Of a DNA stretch of 64,000 nt, positions 1 through 13,305 are shown one piece after another; the first letter of the stretch is position 1, and the number at the start of each line of letters is the position of its first letter. Under the pieces are notes generated by a model. That model did no database searches, had not been told where the DNA came from, and saw nothing but the letters and a program-made list of their open reading frames with translations. A program made the translations under genes and the position numbers. Source of the stretch: Heptranchias perlo (Eukaryota); NCBI RefSeq assembly GCF_035084215.1, contig NW_027139558.1, forward strand, positions 1 through 64,000, read 5' to 3'.

Positions 1-780
1 TATGGAGAGAGAGAGGGGGATGGAGAGAGAGAGGGGGATGGAGAGAGAGAGAGAGATAGGGGGATAGAGAGAGGGATAGAGGGGGAGAGAGGGATAGAGG
101 GGGAGAGAGAGAGAGGGGAGAGAGAGAGAGGGAGAGAGAGGGATGGAGAGAGAGGGATGGAGAGAGAGGGATGGAGAGAGGGGGATGGAGAGAGAGAGGG
201 GGATGGAGAGAGAGAGGGGGATGGAGAGAGAGAGGGGGATGGAGAGAGAGAGGGGGATGGAGAGAGAGAGGGGGAGAGAGAGAGGGATGGAGAGCGAGAG
301 GGGGATGGAGAGCGAGAGGGGGATGGAGAGCGAGAGGGGGATGGAGAGAGAGAGGGGGATGGAGAGAGAGAGGGGGATGGAGAGAGAGAGGGGGATGGAG
401 AGAGAGAGGGGGAGAGAGGGGAGAGAGAGAGGGATGGAGAGAGAGAGAGGGATGGAGAGAGAGAGGGGGATGGAGAGCGAGAGGGGGGATGGAGAGAGAG
501 AGGGGGATGGAGAGCGAGAGGGGGGTGGAGAGCGAGAGGGGGGTGGAGAGAGAGAGGGGGGTGGAGAGAGAGAGGGGGGTGGAGAGAGAGAGGGGGGTGG
601 AGAGAGAGAGGGGGGTGGAGAGAGAGAGGGGGGTGGAGAGAGAGAGGGGGGTGGAGAGAGAGAGGGGGGTGGAGAGAGAGAGGGGGGTGGAGAGATCGAG
701 AGAGACAGGGGGATGGAGAGATAGAGAGAGAAAGAGAGAGACAGGGGGATGGAGAGAGGGAGATCGGGGGGATGGAGGGA
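1..780. repeat. GA-rich simple/short tandem repeat (ggatggagagagagaggg-type units)
   Basis: Directly visible purine-rich tandem units of about 18-20 bp; the overlapping ORFs are low-complexity artefacts. Confidence 0.95.
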
Positions 781-811
781 CCGAGTCCTCTCGGTGCAGA
801 ATGAATGAGGT

Positions 812-1045
812 TTGTTTTTTTTAATCTCAAAATGTACATTATTTCATAAAATTTAATGACACTCACAGTTGAATGTAAATACACAATTACAATTCAAACA
901 AGACAATACAGTCCGCACTGGGAGGGTCCTTCTCACCACCATCCAGACTGCATCCTGGTGTCTGTTGGTCAGTTCTGGCGATGAGACGTTCTGCCAAATG
1001 GAATCGACCGTCTGGTCAGGAAACTGCCCAATCGCATCATCATCA
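812..1045 (-). mobile_element. Tx1/L1-type LINE fragment (ORF2 C-terminal piece plus AT-rich 3' tail)
   Basis: Minus-strand translation DSIWQNVSSPELTNRHQDAVWMVVRRTLPVR resembles the post-RT region of Tx1/L1 ORF2; the tail resembles 33330-33510 and 42884-43050. Confidence 0.55.
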
Positions 1046-1078
1046 CAGTGCTGTTTGTGGGATCTTGCTTTGCTCATA

Positions 1079-1940
1079 TTGTAAACAATTTTACAACACC
1101 AAGTTATAGTCCAGCAATTTTATTTTAAATTCACAAGCTTTCGGAGATTTTCTCCTTCCTCAGGTAAATGTTTCAAGATCTCCTTGAAGCCTACGCATTT
1201 ATACATATTGAATAATACATGGTGTTTACAGACTGCCTCTGCAACTGCCCGTTGCCAAGGCAATCACCGTGTTCAGACAGAGAGGTGTCATCTGCAGAAC
1301 CCCCGAATACACATTCAACAAAAAAACAAACAGGGAAAAAAACAGAGAAAAAAAAGGAGAAAAAAAAACAGAGAGAGAGGCAGAAACATCCGGAAGGCAG
1401 AGAGAGCCAGCAAATGACCCATTATATTAAAAACAGATAACATTTGTTCGCTGGTGGGGTAACGTGTAGCGTGACATGAACCCAAGGTCCCGGTTGAGGC
1501 CGTCCTCATGGGTGCGGAACTTGACTATCAATTTCTGCTCGACGATTTTGCGTTGTCGTGTGTCTCGAAGGCCGCCTTGGAGTACGCTTACCCGAAGGTC
1601 GGTGGATGAATGTCCATGACTGCTGAAGTGTTCCCCGACTGGGAGGGAACCCTCCTGTTTGGCGATTGTTGCGCGGTGTCCGTTCATCCGTTGTCGCAGC
1701 GTCTGCATGGTCTCGCCAATGTACCATGCTCTGGGGCATCCTTTCCTGCAACGTATGAGGTAGACAACGTTGGCCGAGTCACAGGAGTATGAACCATGCA
1801 CCTGGTGGGTGGTGTCATCTCGTGTGATGGTGGTATCTGTGTCGATGATCTGGCATGTCTTGCAGAGGTTACCGTGGCAGGGTTGTGTGGCGTCGTGGAC
1901 GCTGTTCTCTTGAAAGCTGGGTAGTTTGCTGCGAACGATG
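1079..1940 (-). mobile_element. 5'-truncated Penelope-like retroelement (GIY-YIG end plus 3' UTR/pLTR)
   Basis: ORF 1427-1801 encodes NVVYLIRC...WYIGET...RQRMNGHR (GIY-YIG); near-identical to 12520-13020; flanked by the direct repeat ttgctcatattg at 1070-1081 and 1942-1953 (the last 3 nt overlap the element end). Confidence 0.93.
1129..1169 (-). ncRNA. Minimal type-I hammerhead ribozyme motif in the Penelope 3' end
   Basis: Minus strand reads AUUUAC-CUGAGGA-A-GGAGA-AAA-UCUCC-GAA-AGCU-U-GUGAAU: stem I AUUUAC/GUGAAU, CUGANGA and GAAA core boxes, 5-bp stem II, palindromic AGCU stem III. Penelope elements are known to carry such motifs. Confidence 0.8.
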
Positions 1941-2087
1941 CTTGCTCATATTGGCTGCTGCGTTTCCAACAACAGTGACTACACTTCAAAACTATTTCAT
2001 TGGATGCAAAGCACTTTGGAACGTCCTGATGTCATGAAAGGTGCTGCAGAAATGCAAGTCTCTCTTTCCTTCAATTCACCCAGACGG

Positions 2088-2350
2088 CAATCTCCCTCTG
2101 TTGGTGTCTCTCTCTCTCTCTCTATCACTGTACTCAGTCTCACCTTTATCAATCTCCCTCTGTTGGTGTCTCTCTCTCTCTCTCACTGTGCTCAGTCTCA
2201 CCTTTATCAATCTCCCTCTGTTAGTGTCTCTCTCTCTCTATCACTGTACTCAGTGTCACCTTTACCAATCTCCCTCTGTTGGTGTCTCTCTCTCTCTATC
2301 ACTGTACTCAGTCTCACCTTTATCAATCTCCCTCTGTCGGTGTCTCTCTG
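2088..2350. repeat. About 58-62-bp minisatellite containing CT runs, about 4.5 copies
   Basis: Repeated caatctccctctgttggtgtctctctctc...tatcactgtactcagtctcacctttat. Confidence 0.85.
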
Positions 2351-2724
2351 TATCTTTCTCTCTCTCCGTGCCTCTCCCTCTGTTTTTTGCTCCCTGCAGA
2401 TTGAGGTCTGGAAGGGGAGGGGGCCCAGACTGAGGGGGAATCCCAGAAGGGATTTCTCAATGCCCTGCTCACACAGTCTCTGTCGTGGGTGAAATGCCTG
2501 GGCCTGTGCAGCAAGTCAATCTCCCTTTCATTTCCTCCACACTGTCTGCTCTTCCCTCCCTCACCCTCTGTCTCCTCCTCCTCTTTCCTTCTCCCTTCTT
2601 CACCCTCCCTCTCCTCCTCCTGCCTCCCTCCTCCTCACCCTCTCCTCCTCCATCCCCCTCCCTCCCTCACCCTTCCTCTCCTCTTCACTCCCTCCTCCAT
2701 TCCTTACCTTTCTGTGGAGACAGA

Positions 2725-3126
2725 GGGCATGACTGAGGGACTGAATGAGGACTTTGCATCTGTCTTCACAAAAGAAGAGGTTGAATTTAATGTCGCAGTA
2801 GAGGAGGGAGTAGAGATATTGGAGAGGATAAAAATAGACAGAAAGGAGGTGCTAAACAGGTTGGCATCACTCAAAGTGAACAGTCCCCCGGTCCGGATGG
2901 GATGCATCCTTGGTTGCTGAGGGAAGGAAGGGTGGAGATTGCAGAAGCTCTGACCACAATCTTTCAATCCTCCTTGGAAATGGGAGTGGTGCCAGAGGAC
3001 TGGAGGATTGCAAATGTTCCACCTCGATTCACAAAGGGGGAGAGGGATAAACCTGGTAACGACAGGCCAATCGGTCTAAAGTCAGTGGTGGGAAAACTAC
3101 CAGAGACCGTTGTCAAGGACAAAATT
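2725..3126 (+). mobile_element. CR1-clade LINE ORF2 fragment (start of RT region), frameshifted
   Basis: LNEDFASVFTKEE and MHPWLLRE...EIAEALTTIFQSSLEMGVVPEDWRIANV are typical CR1 ORF2 motifs. Confidence 0.85.
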
Positions 3127-3518
3127 GGCCTCAATTTTTACTTGGAGGTGGGAAGACGGTGGGGAGGGATTCCTGACGGGAAACCTGGAAGTACGGGTTT
3201 CACGGACATCCTTATGATTTTGACCGAAGGACGTCTTTTATTTGGAAGGTTTCCTGCCCGACAGGCCGGCCTGATTGACAGACTGGTCTCAGTCAGTCGG
3301 ACGGGAGAAGAGGAAGGAAGAGGATGTGAGAGGGTAAATCTTAGATTGGGGGGGGGTCGGAGACCATCGTGGGGGGTCGGAGATCGATGACACCGACAGT
3401 CCTGGGATCTCCACTACCTCCCGTCCCATTAACACACTGATCACCGGGACCTACAGTCCTGGGATCTCCTCTACTTCCCGTCCCATTAACACACTGATCA
3501 CCGATTCCTTGTATTTAG

Positions 3519-3524
3519 TTTATT
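3519..3524 (-). terminator. Candidate polyadenylation signal (AATAAA) of the GPCR gene
   Basis: tttatt on the plus strand, about 260 bp downstream of the GPCR stop codon. Confidence 0.35.
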
Positions 3525-3783
3525 TTATGAACATTTCATTTCTCCAATATGGTCAAACTTTTGGTGCGATCAGTCGCCACATATTATTTTACAACTGGTT
3601 CTTTCATGAGATATAAACTTTGAGAAACTCTGTAAAGTGAGTTGATAAATAGCCTCCGTTTATAAAGGTTTCAGTGATTGCAGAATAGACGGTGTTTCCA
3701 GCACCGCGGCCTGGTGGAGAGAGAATCAGACACCGTACGACACAGAACTGACTCTGCTCTTAGAAAGTCTTCAGATCCTCTCA

Positions 3784-4682
3784 TTATTTAAGGAATTTCA
3801 CAATGACAGTAAAGGGATATTTCACCACATTCTTCAACTGCTCTCTGAATTTAGTCTGTGTCACGGCATAAATACAAGTGTTTGTGCAGCAACTCAAGAG
3901 CTGGAGCATGAACCCCATTTCTTGTAGAACGTCAGGTAGAAATACAGAGCTAAACTCCAACCAGTACATCCGATTCCACATCGAATACACCATAAACAGG
4001 GCCCATAACAGGATAAAGTTCCCTGATATAACAAACAGTAAAATGATGGATTTCCTTCGGCTTTCCATCTCTGGGTCACTGGGGCTCTCCCCACTGCTGT
4101 GGCCCCGGAGTCTCCTGCGAGCTCTGTTGGCCTCGAAAATGTGTCTGACGGTGAAAACATTGAGCAGCAGAACCAGAATAAATGGGACACACGGGGTGAG
4201 GATATTATGGAGGAGTTCGAATACTCCCCATGGCCGGGAAAATACAATAGGTTCTCTTACAAGGCAAAACCAGGGCTGATTGACAAGTGGATACCAACCT
4301 GAAAACATAAAATACCAGGGAATACTCTTCAAACAGCTCAGCACAGTCACTGTTCCCAGAACCACAGACGCCGTCCTCTCGGAGCAATATTTAGTTTTCA
4401 GCTTCTGGCAACAAATGGCCACAAATCGATCAAAGGTGAAAGAGACGGTGAACCAGACAGAACAGTCAGTGGCTGCGAAAAGTAGGACGGCGTGGATATT
4501 ACACACGTCAATGGACCGGAAGAATAGGAAATAACTGAAAAACAAAATCGGAATCTGCCTGAGGATCAGATCGGTGATAACGACCAGTAGATCCCCCGCT
4601 GCCATGGCAACCAGGTAGAGAGTGACACATTTGGAGAGTCCGCACTTTCCCCGAGACAAGATCACAATCGTCAATAAGTTCA
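3784..4682 (-). CDS. Class A GPCR, GPR139/GPR142-like, coding exon 2 (end of TM1 through TM7 and C-terminus)
   Basis: Uninterrupted ORF with hydrophobic TM segments, LVAMAAGDL (TM2), FTFDRFVAIC (DRY-type), CCTNTCIY (NPxxY variant) and helix-8 KFREQL. Polypyrimidine tract and AG acceptor at 4684-4683; phase-1 junction G|TG joins exon 1 in frame. Confidence 0.92.
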
Positions 4683-4720
4683 CTGGAAAAAAAGGAAAGA
4701 AGCAGAAAATTATACATCAG

Positions 4721-7700
4721 GCTGGATCCCCTGTAAATATTAGTACAATCACTGGATCACCTGTAAATATTAATACAATCTCTGGATCACCTGTAAATAT
4801 TAGTACAATCTCTATCACCTGTAAATATTAGTACAATCTCTGGATCACCTGTAAATATTAGTACAATCTCTGGATCACCTGTAAATATTATTACAATCGC
4901 TACATCCCCTCTAAACATTAGTACAATCTCGGGATCCCCTGTAAATATCAGTACAATCACTGGATACCCTGTAAATATTAGTACAATCTCTGGATCCCCT
5001 GTAAATATTAGTACAATCTCTGGATCCCCTGTAAATATAAGTAAAATCTATGGATCCCCTGTCAAAATTGCTATAATCTCTGGATCCTCTGTAAATATTA
5101 GTATAATCTCTGGATCCCGTGTAAATATTAGTGCAATCTCTGGCTCCCCTGTAAATATTAGTACAATCTCTGGATCTTCTGTAAATATTAGTGTAATCTC
5201 TGGATCACCTGTCAATATTAGTACAATCTCTGGATCCCCTGAAAATATTAATGCAATCTCTGGCTCCCCTGTAAATATGAGTACAATCTCTGGATCCCCT
5301 GTAAATATTAGTACAATCTCTGGATCCTCTGTAAATATTAGTACAATCTCTGGATCCTCTGTAAATATTAGTACAATCTCTGGCTCCCCTGTAAATATTA
5401 GTGTAATCTCTGGATCCTCTGTAAATATTAGTGTAATCTCTGGATCACCTGTCAATATTAGTACAATCTCTGGATCCTCTGTAAATATTAGTACAATCTC
5501 TGGATCCCCTGAAAATATTAATGCAATCTCTGGCTCCCCTGTAAATATGAGTACAATCTCTGGATCCCCTGTAAATATGAGTACAATCTCTGGATCCTCT
5601 GTAAATATTAGTACAATCTCTGGATCCCCTGTAAATATTAGTACAATCTCTGGATCCCCTGTAAATATTAGTACAATCTCTGGATCCCCAGTAAATATTA
5701 GTACAATCACTGGATCACCTGCAAATACTAGTACAATCTCTGGATCACCTGCAAATATTAGGACAATCTGTGGCTCCCGTGTAAATATTCGTACAATCGC
5801 TACATCGCCTCTAAACATTAGTACAATCTCGGGATCCCCTGTAAATATCAGTACAATCACTGGATACCCTGTAAATATTAGTACAATCTCTGGATCCCCT
5901 GTAAATATTAGGACAATCTCTGGATCCCCTGTAAATATAAGTAAAATCTATGGATCCCCTGTCAAAATTGGTATAATCTCTGGATCCTCTGTAAATATTA
6001 GTATAATCTCTGGATCTTCTGCAAATATTAGTGCAATCTCTGGCTCCCCTGTAAATATTAGTACAATCTCTGGATCTTCTGTAAATATTAGTGTAATCTC
6101 TGGATCACCTGTCAATATTAGTACAATCTCTGGATCCCCTGAAAATATTAATGCAATCTCTGGCTCCCCTGTAAATATGAGTACAATCTCTGGATCCCCT
6201 GTAAATATTAGTACAATCTCTGGATCCTCTGTAAATATTAGTACAATCTCTGGATCCTCTGTAAATATTAGTACAATCTCTGGCTCCCCTGTAAATATTA
6301 GTGTAATCTCTGGATCCTCTGTAAATATTAGTGTAATCTCTGGATCACCTGTCAATATTAGTACAATCTCTGGATCCTCTGTAAATATTAGTACAATCTC
6401 TGGATCCCCTGAAAATATTAATGCAATCTCTGGCTCCCCTGTAAATATGAGTACAATCTCTGGATCCCCTGTAAATATTAGTACAATCTCTGGATCCTCT
6501 GCAAATATTAGTACAATCTCTGGATCCCCTGTAAATATTAGTACAATCTCTGGATCCCCTGTAGATATTAGTACAATCTCTGGATCCTCTGTAAATATTA
6601 GTACAATCTCTGGCTCCCCTGTAAATATTAGTACAATCTCTGGATCCTCTGTAAATATTAGTGTAATCTCTGGATCACCTGTCAATATTAGTACAATCTC
6701 TGGATCCTCTGTAAATATTAGTACTATCTCTGGATCCTCTGTAAATATTAGTACAATCTCTGGATCCCCTGAAAATATTAATGCAATCTCTGGCTCCCCT
6801 GTAAATATGAGTACAATCTCTGGATCCCCAGTAAATATGAGTACAATCTCTGGATCCCCTGTAAATATTAGTACAATCTCTGGATCCTCTGCAAATATTA
6901 GTACAATCTCTGGATCCTCTGTAAATATTAGTACAATCTCTGGATCCCCTGTAAATATTAGTACAATCTCTGGATCCCCTGTAAATATCAGTACAATCTC
7001 TGGATCCCCTGAAAATATTAATGCAATCTCTGGCTCCCCTGTAAATATGAGTACAATCTCTGGATCCCCAGTAAATATTAGTACAATCTCTGGATCCCCT
7101 GTAAATATTAGTACAATCTCTGGATCCTCTGTAAATATTAGTACAATCTCTGGGTCCCCTGTCAATACTAGTACAATCTCTGGATCGCATGTAAATATTA
7201 CAACAATCTCTGGATCGCCTGTAAATGTGAGTACACTCTCTGGATCACCTGTAAATATTAGTACAATCTCTGGATCCTCTGTAAATATTAGTACAATCTC
7301 TGGATCCTCTGTAAATATTAGTACAATCTCTGGATCCTCTGTAAATATTAGTACAATCTCTGGGTCCCCTGTCAATAGCAGTACAATCTCTGGATCGCAT
7401 GTAAATATTACAACAATCTCTGGATCGCCTGTAAATGTGAGTACACTCTCTGGATCCCCTGTAAATATTAGTACAATCTCTGGATCCTCTGTAAATATTA
7501 GTGTAATCTCTGGATCACCTGTCAATATTAGTACAATCTCTGGATCCTCTGTAAATATTAGTACAATCTCTGGATCCCCTGAAAATATTAGTACAATCTC
7601 TGGATCCTCTGTAAATATTAGTACAATCTCTGGATCCTCTGTAAATATTAGTACAATCTCTGGATCCCCTGTAAATATTAGTACAATCTCTGGATCCCCT

Positions 7701-10700
7701 GTAAATATCAGTACAATCTCTGGATCCCCTGTAAATATTAGTACAATCTCTGGATCCCCTGAAAATATTAATGCAATCTCTGGCTCCCCTGTAAATATTA
7801 GTGTAATCTCTGGATCACCTGTCAATATTAGTACAATCTCTGGATCCTCTGTAAATATTAGTACAATCTCTGGATCCCCTGAAAATATTAGTACAATCTC
7901 TGGATCCTCTGTAAATATTAGTACAATCTCTGGATCCTCTGTAAATATTAGTACAATCTCTGGATCCCCTGTAAATATTAGTACAATCTCTGGATCCCCT
8001 GTAAATATCAGTACAATCTCTGGATCCCCTGTAAATATTAGTACAATCTCTGGATCCCCTGAAAATATTAATGCAATCTCTGGCTCCCCTGTAAATATGA
8101 GTACAATCTCTGGATCCCCAGTAAATATTAGTACAATCTCTGGATCCCCAGTAAATATTAGTACAATCTCTGGATCCTCTGTAAATATTAGTACAATCTC
8201 TGGATCCTCTGTAAATATTAGTACAATCTCTAGATCGCATGTAAATATTACAACACTCTCTGGATCCCCTGTCAATATTAGTACAATCTCTGGATCCCCA
8301 GTAAATATTAGTACAATCTCTGGGTCCCCTGTCAATACGAGTACAATCTCTGGATCGCATGTAAATATTACAACAATCTCTGGATCGCCTGCAAATATTA
8401 GTACAATCTCTGGATCCCCTGTAAATATTAGTACAATCTCTGGATCACCTGTAAATATTAGTACAATCTCTGGATCACCTGCAAATATTAGGACAATCTG
8501 TGGCTCCCGTGTAAATATTAGTACAATCGCTACATCCCCTCTAAACATTAGTACAATCTCGGGATCCCCTGTAAATATCAGTACAATCTCTGGATCCCCT
8601 GAAAATATTAATGCAATCTCTGGATCCCCTGTAAATATTAGTACAGTCTCTGGCTCCCCTGTAAATATGAGTACAATCTCTGGATCCCCAGTAAATATTA
8701 GTACAATCTCTGGATCCCCAGTAAATATTAGTACAATCTCTGGGTCCCCTGTCAATACTAGTACAATCTCTGGATCGCATGTAAATATTACAACACTCTC
8801 TGGATCCCCTGTAAATATTAGTACAATCTCTGGATCCTCTAAATATTAGTACAATCTCTGGATCCCCTGTAAATATTTGTACAACCTCTGGGTTACCTGT
8901 AAATATTAATACAATCTCTGGATCCCTTGTAAATATTAGTTCAATCTCCGGGTCTCCTGTAAATAATAGTACAATCTCTGGATCCTCTCTAAATATTAGT
9001 ACAGTCTCTGGCTCCCCTGGAATATTAGTACAATCACTGGATCCCCTGTAAATATTCGTACAATCTCTGGATCCCCTGTCAATATTAGTACAACCTCTGG
9101 GTTACCTGTAAATAGTAGTGCAATCTCTGGATCACCTGTAAATATTAGTGCAATCTCTGCATCCCCTGTCAATATTCGTGCAATCTATGGTTCCCCTGTA
9201 AATAGTAGTACAATCTCTGGATCCCCTGTAAAAATTCGTACAATCTCTGGATCCCCTGTAAATATTAGTACAATCTCTGGATCCCCTGTAAATATTTGTA
9301 CAACCTCTGGGTTACCTGTAAATATTAATACAATCTCTGGATCCCCTGTATATATTTGTTCAATCTCTGCATCCCCTTTCAATATTCGTACAATCTCTGG
9401 ATCCCCTGTAAATATTAGTAAAATCTCTGGATCCCCTGCAAATGTTTGAACAATCTCTGGATCACCTGTTTATATTTGTAAAATCTCTGGATGCCCTGTA
9501 ACTATTTGTACAATCTCTGGATCCACTGTAAATATTCGCAAAAGCTGTGGATCACCTGTAAATATTTGTACAATTTCTGGATCCACTGTAAATATTTATA
9601 CAATCTTTGGATCCCCTTTAAATATTAGTACAATCTCTGGATCCACTGTAAATATTAGTACAATCTGTGGATCAGCTGCAAATATTAGTACAATCTCTGG
9701 ATCACCTGTAAATATTAGTACAACCTCTGGATCCACTGTAAAAATTAGTACAATCTCTGGATCCCCTGTAAATATTCGTACAATCTCTGGATCCCCTTTC
9801 AATATTAGTACAACCTCTGGGTTACCTGTAAATATTAGTACAATCACTGGACCTGTCTGCAAATATTAGTGCATTCTCTGGATACCCTGGAATATCAGTC
9901 CAATCACTGGATCCCCTATAAATGTTAATTCAATCTCTGGATCCCCTGTAAATATTTGTACAATCTCTGGATCCCCTTTAAATATTTGTACAATCTCTGG
10001 ATCCCCTGTAACTATTAGTACAACCTCTAAATCCCCTTTAAATATTCGTACAATCTCTGGATCCCCTGTAAATATTCGTACAATCTCTAGATCCCCTGTA
10101 AATATTAGTATAATCTCTGGATCCCCTGTAAATATTAATGCAATCTCTGGATCTACTGTAAATATTAGTACAATCTATGAATCCCCTGAAAATATTAATT
10201 CAATCTCTGGCTCCCCTGTAAATATTAGTACAACCTCTGGCTCCTCTGTAAATATCAGTGTAATCTCTGGCTCCCCTGTCAATATTAGTACAATCTCTGG
10301 ATCCTCTGTAAATATTAGTACAATCTCTGGATCCCCTGAAAATATTAATGCAATCTCTGGATCCCCTGTAAATATTAGTACAATCTCTGGCTCCCCTGTA
10401 AATATTAGTACAATCTCTGGATCCCCTGTAAATATATGTACAATATCTGGCTCCCCTGTAAATATTAGTACAATCTCTGGATCACCTGTAAATATTAGTA
10501 AAATCTCTGGATCCTCTGTAAATATTAGTACAATCCCTGGATCCCCTGAAAATATCAATGCAATATCTGGCTCCCCTGAAAATATTAGTACAATCTGTGG
10601 AACTCCTGTAAATATTGGTACAATCTCTGGATCCCCTGTAAATATTAGTACAATCTCTGGATCGCCTGTAAATATTAGTACAATCTCTGGATCCTCTGTA

Positions 10701-11125
10701 AATATCAATACAATCTCTGGATCCCCTGTAAATATTAATACAATCTCTGGATCCTCTGTAAATATTAGTACAATCTCTGGCTCCCCTGAAAATATTAATG
10801 CAATCTCTGGCTCCCCTGTAAATATTAATACAATCTCTGGATCCCCTGTAAATATTAGTAGAATCTATGGATCCTCTTTAAATATTAGTACAATCTCTGG
10901 ATCCCCTGAAAATATGAGTACAATCACTGGCTCCCCTGTAAATATTAGTACAATCTCTGGATCCTCTGTAAATATTAGTGTAATCTCTGGATCCCCTATA
11001 AATATTTGTACAATCTCTGGCTCCCCTGTAAATATTTGTACAATCTCTGGATCACCTGTAAATATTAGTACAATCTCTGGATCCTCTCTAAATATTAGTA
11101 CAATCTCTGGATCCCCTGAAAATAT
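4721..11125. repeat. 30-bp minisatellite, left array (about 213 units; gtacaatctctggatcccctgtaaatatta)
   Basis: Directly visible; begins about 40 bp from the GPCR splice acceptor. Confidence 0.98.
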
Positions 11126-13024
11126 GAAGACAGTCCAGAATGTCACCCGAGCACAACGCAACGCCATCAACGCTCTCAAGACCAACCGCAACATCGTCAT
11201 CAAACCAGCGGACAAAGGAGGAGCCATAGTCATACAGAACAGAAAGGACTATTGCAAAGAAGCATACCGACAACTGGACAACCAGGAACACTACAGACGG
11301 TTACCCGCAGATCCGACCAAAGAACACACCCACCAGCTCAACAAACTGATCAAGACCTTCGATCCAGACCTTCAAAGCATCCTACGCGCTCTCATCCCAC
11401 GTTCTCCCCGCGTGGGAGACTTCTACTGCCTCCCAAAGATACACAAAGCCAACACACCCGGACGTCCCATCGTATCAGGCAACGGAACCCTGTGTGAGAA
11501 CCTCTCTGGATACATCGAGGGCATCCTGAAACCCATCGTACAGGGAACCCCCAGCTTCTGTCACGACACTACAGACTTCCTACAAAAACTCAGTACCCAC
11601 GGACCAGTTGAACCAGGAACACTTCTCACCACGATGGACGTCTCGGCACTCTACACCAGTATCCCCCACGATGACGGCATCGCTGCGACAGCATCAATAC
11701 TCAACACCAACAACAGCCAATCTCCAGACGCCATCCTACAACTCATCCGCTTCATCCTGGATCACAATGTCTTCACCTTCGACAACCAGTTCTTTACCCA
11801 AACACACGGAACAGCCATGGGGACCAAATTCGCACCCCAATACGCCAACATTTTCATGCACAAGTTCGAGCACGACTTCTTCACTGCACAGGACCTCCAA
11901 CCAACGCTATACACCAGATACATCGACGACATTTTCTTTCTATGGACCCACGGCGAAGAATCACTAAAGAGACGACACGATAACATTAACAAGTTCCATC
12001 CCACCATCAAGCTCACCATGGACTACTCCTCAGAATCAGTTTCTTTCTTGGACACACGAATCTCCATCAAAGACGGGCATCTCAGCACCTCACTCTACCG
12101 CAAGCCCACGGACAACCTCACAATGCTCCACTTTTTCAGCTTCCACCCTAACCACGTCAAAGAGGCTATCCCCTTTGGACAGGCCCTGCGAATACACAGG
12201 GTCTGCTCAGACGAGGAGGAACGTGATGGACACCTACAGACGCTGAAAGACGCCCTAGTATGATCGGGATATGACGCTCGACTCATCGATCGACAGTTCC
12301 GATGGGCCACAGCGAAAAATCGCACAGACCTCCTCAGAAGACTACTACGGGACGCAACCAACAGAGTACCCTTCGTCGTCCAGTACTTCCCCGGAGCGGA
12401 GAAACTACGCCATGTTCTCCGCAGCCTTCAACATGTCATCAATGACGACGAACACCTCGCTATGGCCATCCCCACACCTCCACTACTCGCCTTTAAACAG
12501 CCACCCAACCTCAAACAGACCATCGTTCACAGCAAATTACCCAGCTTTCAGGAGAACAGCGTCCACGACACCACACAACCCTGCCACGGTAACCTCTGCA
12601 AGACATGCCAGATCATCGACACAGATACCACCATCACACGAGAGAACACCACCCACCAGGTACATGGTTCATACTCCTGTGACTCGGCCAACGTTGTCCA
12701 CCTCATACGTTGCAGGAAAGGATGCCCCGGAGCATGGTACATTGGCGAGACCATGCAGACGCTGCGACAACGGATGAACGGACACCGCGCAACATTCGCC
12801 AGACAGAAGGGTTCCCTCCCAGTCGGGGAACACTTCAGCAGTCAGGGACATTCAGCCACCGACCTTTGGGTAAGCATACTCCAAGGCGGCCTTCGAGACA
12901 CTCGACAACGCAAAATCGTCGAGCAGAAATTGATAGCCAAGTTCCGCACCCATGAGGACGGCCTCAACCGGGATCTTGGGTTCATGTCACGCTACACGTA
13001 ACCCCACCAGCGAACAAATGTTAT
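11126..13024 (+). mobile_element. Penelope-like element (Neptune-type) copy A: RT, Cys-rich linker and GIY-YIG; 5'-truncated, one nonsense codon
   Basis: IKPADKGG, TMDVSALYTSIP, GTAMGT, YTRYIDD (RT); PCHGNLCKTC linker; WYIGET (GIY-YIG). TGA at 12261-12263 (AGA in copy B) and the frame continues to 13001. Confidence 0.95.
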
Positions 13025-13305
13025 GGGCCCGATTTTAGCAGCAGGTTTCGTGTGCGTTTCCGGCGGGGTTGCCTCGAAAATCGCGATATCCAGGTGCGTG
13101 ACCGGATCGCGCCTCGATCCCGGCCACTTCCGGGTTCCGCGCTGACGTGCGGGGGTCCGTGCGCAGCCCCCGCTGGTGGGAATCCCGCAGGCAATTAAAG
13201 CCAGCGGGATGCCACTTGAGTGTATTTACGTTGCTTGTTCAGGTCATTAAATGACCTGATTCAGCTGTCTTATTAGGAAGTGTGAGATTTTACCTTCAAC
13301 TCAGA

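Larger units (their letters stand above)
1050..2065 (+). mobile_element. 3' part of a Deu-domain (SacSINE1-like) SINE, split by a Penelope insertion
   Basis: tgctgtttgtgggatcttgct...(1050-1078) continues at 1942 as ...ttggctgctgcgtttcc...acagtgactacacttcaaaa..., matching the tails of the SINE copies at 40090-40220 and 42090-42220. Confidence 0.75.

Noticed and set aside
143-824. ERG-rich ORFs
   Set aside because: Translations of a GA simple repeat.
3127-3390. Possible Harbinger-type MITE starting ggcctcaattttt
   Set aside because: No matching second TIR or TSD found.
5048-10708. Very long ORFs (1190 aa ISTISGSPVN repeat; 935 aa IFTGDPEIVL repeat) as structural proteins
   Set aside because: They are readings of a 30-bp unit that is stop-free on both strands, have no unique domain, lie inside a GPCR intron and are broken by random 1-nt indels.
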